DNA of 64,000 bases from a virus (taxonomy: Duplodnaviria; Caudoviricetes), in IMG/VR virus record IMGVR_UViG_2615840601_000001; one strand, 5' to 3'. A program made the position numbers and the translations under genes. Within the stretch, counting starts at the first letter, position 1; every line of letters begins with the position of its first letter. The notes under the pieces were generated by a model. It saw only the letters and a list, made by a program, of their open reading frames with translations, ran no database searches and was not told the DNA's origin. Positions 57,622-64,000 of this stretch are shown here, piece by piece.

Positions 57622-58465
57622 TCGGTCTGTGACACGCGGCATTCCTCTCAAGGCCATCCCTCCGGGCATCAATGATGCCCGCACCCGTGCGTTGGTCGGG
57701 GCCTTTAACGCCATGGCCTCGGAGTTGGACTTCACCGGCCTCTTGATGCGCACTGGGGATGAGATCCCGGACAAGGCGTTAAGCTGTGCGCTCCATGACT
57801 TCTCCCTAACGGAGTTTGTCGGCCCGGACGGTTTGCCCGCCAATCTGGCCCGCAAGCTGATCGATGATGCGTGGGCTCTTCATGAACAGCAGGGCACGGA
57901 TGCCGGGGTGAAGCTGGGGCAGAACCTTCTTGGCATCGGGGTCACCATCGAGCACTGGTGGCAGAAGGAGCCGATTGGATATCACGACACCCACACCATC
58001 ACCCTCAATCTGGGGGACAGTGACGATCCTCCTACCGACCCTCTGGGACCGGAAGTGCAGCAATCTGCGCTGAAGACCATTGAAGCGACCAAACGCTGGA
58101 GCCAGGACACCGATCTGGTCTGGCGGACCCGTGCCCGCATGGACCTGTTCGCTCATGCCATCACCCAGGATCTCAATCGACTTAGAATTCTGCCGCCAAT
58201 CGCGACGGAACTAAACGGCACCATGAAGATGGTGATGGCGGGCTGCGCCTCGACCGGTGAATTGGTCCGGATCAAGCCAAGGCAAATCACCGCGATCCAT
58301 GACGCCATGTCGCTGGCCTTTGGTGGCTCGACATCGGTCGGTGAAGTGATCCGTCTTTATCCTCCCGTAGCTTCGGGCCTTGAAAGCCAAGCGCCCTATC
58401 ATCTCGCTCTCGGGGTCCGTCCGGCCAATCCGATTGTCACCATCCTGCCCGAGGAGAATGCATGA
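57614..58465 (+). CDS. gpI-like tail protein
   Basis: LH..QGT, HWWQ; C-terminal third nearly identical to 4861..5688. Confidence 0.8.
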   Translation: MGDRSVTRGIPLKAIPPGINDARTRALVGAFNAMASELDFTGLLMRTGDEIPDKALSCALHDFSLTEFVGPDGLPANLARKLIDDAWALHEQQGTDAGVKLGQNLLGIGVTIEHWWQKEPIGYHDTHTITLNLGDSDDPPTDPLGPEVQQSALKTIEATKRWSQDTDLVWRTRARMDLFAHAITQDLNRLRILPPIATELNGTMKMVMAGCASTGELVRIKPRQITAIHDAMSLAFGGSTSVGEVIRLYPPVASGLESQAPYHLALGVRPANPIVTILPEENA

Positions 58466-59718
58466 CAACCTATTCAACGCGCCTGACCAATGCCGGGGCA
58501 ATTGCCCTCAATGAGGCAATCACAGGCGACACCGCCGTCGCTTTGGAGGTGCTGGCGGTTGGCGATGCCAACGGCGCGGACTATGTGCCTGACGGCAGCG
58601 AAGCCGCCCTTATCAACGAACAGCACCGCCTACCACTGGCCTCGATTATTCCTCATCCTGCGAATGCGAACTGGCTGGTTCTGGAAGCGGTTTTGCCGCC
58701 CGATGTTGGTGGCTGGTGGATCCGCGAGGTTGGTGTCTTTGATGACAATGGCGACCTGTTTGCCATTGCCAATTTCCCGCCAACCTACAAGGCCCTGGCA
58801 GCCGATGGTTCAGCATCGAACTTGACCATCCAGATTGTTCTACAAGTCAGCGACACCAATGCCCTGACCTTATCGGTCGATGCGGGCGAAGGCTATGCCA
58901 CTCCGGCATTGATCGAAGCCGCCTATCCTTGGGCGACTGAGGCTGAAGCCGCAGATGAGGCAACCGAACACAAGGTTGTCGATCCAAAGCGACTGGCTCA
59001 TGTTCTGGCCCTTCTTGATGCAGCCCCGCGAGACGAGCTGCAAGCCTTGTCAGATGCGGTCGATCTGGCTTTGCAAGGCAAGGCGGACAGCAACCACAAT
59101 CACGACGGCCAGTATTACTCCGAGGATGAGGTCGACAATCTTCTATCTGGAAAGTCAGACACATCACACAGCCACTCGGAGTATCTGACCACCTCAGGCA
59201 AAGCCGCTGACTCTGACAAGCTCAATGGGCTTCGCGCCAGCGAAATAGGTGGCGGTAAATACCTAGGGCTGAAGACTCTATCTTCCTCTGGGACTCATAC
59301 ATTGGCAGCAGGCACTAAACACGTCTTCGTGATGGCCTTCGGAGGCGGTGGGGGCACCAACCGGCGAGGTGGCTTTGATATTAAAGGTGGGGACGGTGGA
59401 AAGGTGGCTTTCTGGTTGGCAGTCGATGGAACACTTTCCGTGACCATTGGTGCGGCAGGGTCCAGTACAACAGGTCCTTGGGCTACGGCGGGGACAGGCG
59501 GTACCACAAAGGTAGCTGGCGTCAACCTGACGGGTGGTACAGGTGCCTTCTCGGGTAACTCAAACGAAAGCGGAGGCAGCGGCACCAACGGTAAGGTGTC
59601 GAGCACGTCGCGGATCGTGAATACCAACTTCTACCTCGAAGGTACAAACTACGGCAAAGGTGCAAACAAAAGTCACTACGCTGGTAAGGGTGCAGTCATT
59701 CTGTATCAGTTTGGATAA
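58462..59718 (+). CDS. Tail fibre 1 with Gly-rich C-terminal domain
   Basis: N-terminus near-identical to 5685..6782; GGGGG/GGDGG-rich tip. Confidence 0.88.
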   Translation: MTTYSTRLTNAGAIALNEAITGDTAVALEVLAVGDANGADYVPDGSEAALINEQHRLPLASIIPHPANANWLVLEAVLPPDVGGWWIREVGVFDDNGDLFAIANFPPTYKALAADGSASNLTIQIVLQVSDTNALTLSVDAGEGYATPALIEAAYPWATEAEAADEATEHKVVDPKRLAHVLALLDAAPRDELQALSDAVDLALQGKADSNHNHDGQYYSEDEVDNLLSGKSDTSHSHSEYLTTSGKAADSDKLNGLRASEIGGGKYLGLKTLSSSGTHTLAAGTKHVFVMAFGGGGGTNRRGGFDIKGGDGGKVAFWLAVDGTLSVTIGAAGSSTTGPWATAGTGGTTKVAGVNLTGGTGAFSGNSNESGGSGTNGKVSSTSRIVNTNFYLEGTNYGKGANKSHYAGKGAVILYQFG

Positions 59719-59722
59719 ACAC

Positions 59723-60148
59723 ATGACAATCAAAGCAATCGTAAACTCCGATGATGGAACTATTCTTAATATCATCGTTGCAGGTGATGACCCTCTGGAA
59801 GCGGAAGCAGCCACGGTCATCGTGGATGATCCCGATGGACAGGCGCAAATTGGAGGTACATGGTACGAGGCTGAAGGCTTCACGAAGCCGATCACATCTC
59901 TTCCGCCTCTCGGTCCTCTGTCAGCTAGACAGATCCGCCTTGTCCTCAATCGGCATGGCTACCTCGCTCAAGTTGAACCGGCTATCGCAGCTATCCCTGA
60001 TGAAACCGAGCGCAACGAAGCACTAATCGAGTGGACCTATGCGTCCTCTTTCGAACCTGACCATCCCCTGATCGCATCCATGCGTCTCGCCCTAGGTATC
60101 AGCGAAGCTGACATGGAAACGATGTGGCGCGAAGCCATGGCACTTTAG
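59723..60148 (+). CDS. Tail fibre assembly/chaperone-like protein
   Basis: LSARQIRL...EW.YA..F...HPLI...MWREAMAL. Confidence 0.7.
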   Translation: MTIKAIVNSDDGTILNIIVAGDDPLEAEAATVIVDDPDGQAQIGGTWYEAEGFTKPITSLPPLGPLSARQIRLVLNRHGYLAQVEPAIAAIPDETERNEALIEWTYASSFEPDHPLIASMRLALGISEADMETMWREAMAL

Positions 60149-60157
60149 CGGAGCTGA

Positions 60158-61408
60158 ATGATGACTGCTGCAACTTACTATACCCGCCTGACTGACATCG
60201 GCTCCAGTGCCTTGAGCGCTGCCATCACCGGTGGGGCTTCGGTCTCTCTGACCCATCTGGCGGTCGGGGATGCCAATGGGGCCAGTTATGAGCCGGACGG
60301 CTCGGAAACCGCGCTGGTGAACGAAACCCACCGGCTCAATATCACCTCTATCACGCCTGATCCTCAGAACCCGGCTTGGCTGATTGTCGAAGCGATTATT
60401 CCGCCCGATGTGGGCGGCTGGTGGATCCGGGAGGCGGGGCTGTTTGATGCGGACGGGGCGATGTTCGCCATCGCCAAATATCCGCCAACCTACAAGGCCA
60501 TTCTGACGGACGGCACGGCCTCGACCCTGACCATCCAGATTGTGCTTCAGGTGACCAACACCGACAGCATTCAGTTGGTGGTCAATCCCCTTGATGGCTA
60601 TGCGACCCAGAACTGGGTTATCTCTCGGTATCAGTGGGCCGATGAAGAAGAGGCAGTCGATGCCAGCGTTGAGACCAAACTGATTGATCCCAAGCGGCTC
60701 GCTTATGCATTGTCTCAGCTTTCCTTTGCCTTGCCCGACGACCTAACGGCCTTGGACCAAGCCTTGAGGCTGTTGCTCGCCAACCACAATCATGACGGGG
60801 TCTATGCCGCCGCCAATCACGCTCACGATGATCGCTATGCGCTGCTCGATCATCTTCATGACCAGATCTATGCGGCGAAGGTCCATGATCATCTGATCGA
60901 CGACATCAAGGGCATTCACGGTGTGTTCGATTTGGCCAGAGGTCTAATCGATGGAAAGACGCCAGCGCAACTGGGCGGTCCTCCGGTGGCGACCATTCGG
61001 CACGAAGCAGCCAGCGGGGCCAATGGCGGCACGCTCTATGCCGGATCGTGGCAGAAACGCCCCTTCAATGTGGAAGATGATCCGGTTGGTCTGATTGCTT
61101 TGTTCGATAGTGAGTTCACTCCTTCGGAGGATGTTTACATCAACGGCTGGGCTGTCATTCATGATACCGGCAAAACGGCCTCACGCGTGTTCTGTGTCTC
61201 GGACAATTCTTTGGTGTCGGTTGGTTCCAGCGGCCACTCCAACCCGACTTATCACAGCACTTCGCACAGCTTCTTCTCGGCCAGACTGAAGGCGGGCAAG
61301 ACCTATCGCATCGACATGAAGGGCGAAGTGACATCGGTCGGCTTTGGTGGAGCCATGGGGCATGGGCAGAATGAGCTATACGCCCAGATCGACTTCTGGC
61401 GACGGTGA
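60158..61408 (+). CDS. Tail fibre 2
   Basis: Full-length homology to 7252..8517. Confidence 0.88.
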   Translation: MMTAATYYTRLTDIGSSALSAAITGGASVSLTHLAVGDANGASYEPDGSETALVNETHRLNITSITPDPQNPAWLIVEAIIPPDVGGWWIREAGLFDADGAMFAIAKYPPTYKAILTDGTASTLTIQIVLQVTNTDSIQLVVNPLDGYATQNWVISRYQWADEEEAVDASVETKLIDPKRLAYALSQLSFALPDDLTALDQALRLLLANHNHDGVYAAANHAHDDRYALLDHLHDQIYAAKVHDHLIDDIKGIHGVFDLARGLIDGKTPAQLGGPPVATIRHEAASGANGGTLYAGSWQKRPFNVEDDPVGLIALFDSEFTPSEDVYINGWAVIHDTGKTASRVFCVSDNSLVSVGSSGHSNPTYHSTSHSFFSARLKAGKTYRIDMKGEVTSVGFGGAMGHGQNELYAQIDFWRR

Positions 61409-61480
61409 TGATGATTGAGGCGCTTTGTGTGGAACTGGGCGGAACAGTTCAGACGCGCCGCATCGCTCTCTTGCGCTATA

Positions 61481-61575
61481 GGAGCGGGAGACCTGGACAT
61501 CAAGTCCAGATACCGGGCCTGAGATTGGCGTCCTGACCCGATCGATGACAGCAATCACAATCATCACTCCCGCCG
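61481..61575 (+). ncRNA. Putative cloverleaf-like structured RNA upstream of Dam-like gene
   Basis: GCGGGAG/CTCCCGC closing stem, three internal hairpins, GATTGGCGTC loop. Confidence 0.5.
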
Positions 61576-61637
61576 CTTCTATCGATAGAGGCGCACTATG
61601 GGTGATTCTCGATCAAAAGAACATAGTGAGAACAAAA

Positions 61638-62423
61638 ATGTTTGAGGCTGTCACACCCGTCAAACCTGTTGCCGCCTATATTGGCGGCAAAAGCCAATTG
61701 GCCAAGCATATTGCAGGCCGCATCAGCAGGATCGATCACGCCAATTATGTGGAGCCCTTTGTTGGTATGGGTGGCATCTTCTTCCGCCGCTCCCAGCGCC
61801 CCAAGTGCGAGGTGATCAATGACATCTCCAAGGATGTCATCACCCTGTTCCGGATCCTACAACGCCACTATCCGCAGTTTCTTGACACCCTGAAATTCCA
61901 ACTCACCAGCCGGTCGGAGTTCGAGCGGCTCAAGGCCACAGACCCGGACACGCTGACCGATCTGGAACGCGCCGCCCGGTTCCTTTATCTCCAGCGCACG
62001 AGCTTTGCGGGCAAGGTGAACGGTCAGACTTATGGTGTTGCACTGCGCGGAGCGCGGTTCGACCTGACCAAGATCGTGCCTCTGTTGGAAGATGTTCATG
62101 AGCGCCTCAGCGGCGTCACCATCGAATGCCTGCCCTATGCCGACTGCATCAGCCGCTACGACCGGCCAGAGACACTCTTCTATCTCGATCCGCCTTACTG
62201 GCAGTGTGAGGACTATTACGGCAAGGGCGTCTTCGGTCCGGATGATTTCCAGAAGCTGGCCGACCAGCTTGAAACCATCAAAGGGCGCTTCCTCTTCTCC
62301 ATCAACGATGTGCCTGAAATCCGCGAAATCTTCAAAGGCTTCGATATCGAGGAAGTCTCGCTCAGCTACACAGCCAACGACAAAGGGCAGAAGAAGGCCA
62401 AGGAGTTGGTGATTGGGAATTGA
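61638..62423 (+). CDS. DNA adenine methyltransferase (D12/Dam class, mom position)
   Basis: YIGGKS, YVEPFVG.G, EVIND, YLDPPY. Confidence 0.92.
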   Translation: MFEAVTPVKPVAAYIGGKSQLAKHIAGRISRIDHANYVEPFVGMGGIFFRRSQRPKCEVINDISKDVITLFRILQRHYPQFLDTLKFQLTSRSEFERLKATDPDTLTDLERAARFLYLQRTSFAGKVNGQTYGVALRGARFDLTKIVPLLEDVHERLSGVTIECLPYADCISRYDRPETLFYLDPPYWQCEDYYGKGVFGPDDFQKLADQLETIKGRFLFSINDVPEIREIFKGFDIEEVSLSYTANDKGQKKAKELVIGN

Positions 62424-62601
62424 GAAAAACCCATCTGCTCTGTGCTGACGTTCGTGCCAACCGCAAGGAACGTCGGTTCAGAGCCCTTTCGCGACCTTCA
62501 AAATGAAGGAACGTTCGCATCCGCAACAAAGGGCGGCTGAAAATCGCGGCCCTTTGCTGTCTTTCGCAATTGGCGGTGAAATGTGACTATTGCAGATCGA
62601 A

Positions 62602-62638
62602 AAGGCAGTGCGATGGATCGCGCTGCCTTATATTTTTT
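62602..62638. terminator. Probable bidirectional terminator
   Basis: AAGGCAGTGCGAT/ATCGCGCTGCCTT hairpin between convergent genes. Confidence 0.6.
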
Positions 62639-62653
62639 TAAAGCGATCTGCGA

Positions 62654-64000
62654 TTAGAAGTTGCGATTGTAACGCAGATAGCTGTAGAGCGTGGTCGTAT
62701 CACCCAGACGCTCCACATCGACATTGGCACGGATCGCGGACCCACTTGACAGAGATATGGTGTCAAGGCTCAGGCTGCCGCCGCCACCACAATCCGAGCT
62801 ATTCTCACCCGCCCATTTGCGCTGACAAAGGACCGTCGGCCCGAAGGAGATGGTCGCCGTTCGGCTATCCGATGACAAAGCGTCAAAAGGCATCTGAATT
62901 TGTGGCGTGAACTGAAGACGAGCAACGGTCAAATTGTCTGTATCCAGATCCAAATCGCTGGTGGAGCCAGAGACGGTGGAATCGAATTTGTCACCGGAGA
63001 GCCATGCGTGGGACAGGCTGGCGGATAGTTCGGGGATGAGATTGAAGCCATCATAATTGATAACACCGGACAAAGTGCTGCCCATCAAAGCGGTTGTTGC
63101 CCAATAGGTGCCATCAACATCCGTGGTGCCATCGCTGAGTTCCAGATCGTTATGCTGATACCCAACTTGTACGAAGATATCGGCAAAGAAGGCCTGATTG
63201 ATGCGTTTGACGGCATAAGCGCCAATATTGCCACCGATGCTTGTTTGATCGCCGGAGAAGGTGCCCTCAACGTCCGCTTTGCCCAGGTCAACACCGAGGA
63301 AATAGCCAAGCAGCATTTCTTCACCCAAGCGGTGTTCCCGTGCTAGACGTCCCGATCCCATGACGCTGTTTGAGCCATTATCATCGTGAGAAAAGGTCAA
63401 CCCACCGGAGACGACGAAACGTCCATGTGTGTCACTGTCTTCATCTTCATGGACTGCCAGAGCTTTGGCCGCAATCCCCGCAGGGGTGCCATTGATAGAG
63501 CCTTGATAGGCGAGAGGCCCAACACTATTTGTTCCAGTCAGAACTCCACCGTTTATATCCTTGGTGAACCGATTGCGTGCCTGAGACATGAAGCGGTTAT
63601 TGATAAGAGCTTGCTTGCTCAGGGTTTCTGACACCTGGTTTTCGATGATTGTTTCGGTTGAGCCCTTCTCGTCCTCTCCCGTATCGCCACCGCTAACCTG
63701 AACGGTGGGATATTCTTCGTTGCCAAAAATGTCCCAAAGTCTTGTTCCACTCGTAACTGTGGACCCTCCATATGCTACATCTAGATCGCTATCAGCGATG
63801 CCGCAAGTGGTGGAGATTTCGCTCAAGAGATTGCTGGCGTCTCCATATATCCAACCAGTGGTTTTTGAGCTGCCGGATGGGCAGTTGTAACTGACTTGAT
63901 AAGCCATCACAGCCCAAGCCGAACCGCTAGCACAGGAAAGGATGAGTCCTAGGACAAGTGCAGTCAAAGGAGCGTAAAGAAGTCTTTTTGGATGGTTCAT
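62654..64000 (-). CDS. Autotransporter-like outer-membrane beta-barrel protein with short passenger
   Basis: Signal peptide; amphipathic beta strands; ends Y.RYNRNF. Confidence 0.7.
   Translation of the reverse strand: MNHPKRLLYAPLTALVLGLILSCASGSAWAVMAYQVSYNCPSGSSKTTGWIYGDASNLLSEISTTCGIADSDLDVAYGGSTVTSGTRLWDIFGNEEYPTVQVSGGDTGEDEKGSTETIIENQVSETLSKQALINNRFMSQARNRFTKDINGGVLTGTNSVGPLAYQGSINGTPAGIAAKALAVHEDEDSDTHGRFVVSGGLTFSHDDNGSNSVMGSGRLAREHRLGEEMLLGYFLGVDLGKADVEGTFSGDQTSIGGNIGAYAVKRINQAFFADIFVQVGYQHNDLELSDGTTDVDGTYWATTALMGSTLSGVINYDGFNLIPELSASLSHAWLSGDKFDSTVSGSTSDLDLDTDNLTVARLQFTPQIQMPFDALSSDSRTATISFGPTVLCQRKWAGENSSDCGGGGSLSLDTISLSSGSAIRANVDVERLGDTTTLYSYLRYNRNF

Larger units (their letters stand above)
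20541..62423 (+). mobile_element. Mu-like prophage 2 (near complete; right end not found, may extend past window)
   Basis: Canonical order c, ner, A, B, early, mor, lysis, terminase, portal, F, G, I, capsid, tail, methylase. Confidence 0.92.

Noticed and set aside
61481-61575. tRNA gene
   Set aside because: Cloverleaf-like, but lacks the T-loop GTTCRA, D-loop GG and canonical arm lengths

Overview
The window holds two different transposable (Mu-like) prophages with contractile P2-style tails, lying head-to-tail, probably in an alphaproteobacterium (inferred from gene style only). Prophage 1 (<1-20522) is present as its late half: capsid, baseplate, two tail fibres with chaperones, sheath, tube, tape measure, com and a C5 methyltransferase with an overlapping alternative-frame subunit. 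Its right-end cargo is an HNH nuclease and an Eco29kI-like type II RM system. After only ~18 bp, prophage 2 (~20541->62423) follows: repressor/ner, MuA/MuB, early genes, lysis, terminase, portal, gpF with a nuclease-like C-terminus, head and tail genes and a Dam-like methylase. Its right end is not seen. The G-I interval of prophage 2 carries a complete DRT type 3 antiphage system: two reverse transcriptases plus a downstream structured ncRNA with a CACACACA tract. Less obvious signals are (1) a probable -1 frameshift fusing portal to gpF with F-A-D motifs on either side, (2) a perfect 19-bp hairpin hiding the sheath RBS, (3) phage-specific late-promoter motifs, (4) a covarying cloverleaf RNA upstream of both terminal methylases, (5) a tail-fibre module shared by the two phages and (6) degenerate hairpin repeats bordering the cargo genes. 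All calls come from motif recognition by eye; no database searches were run.
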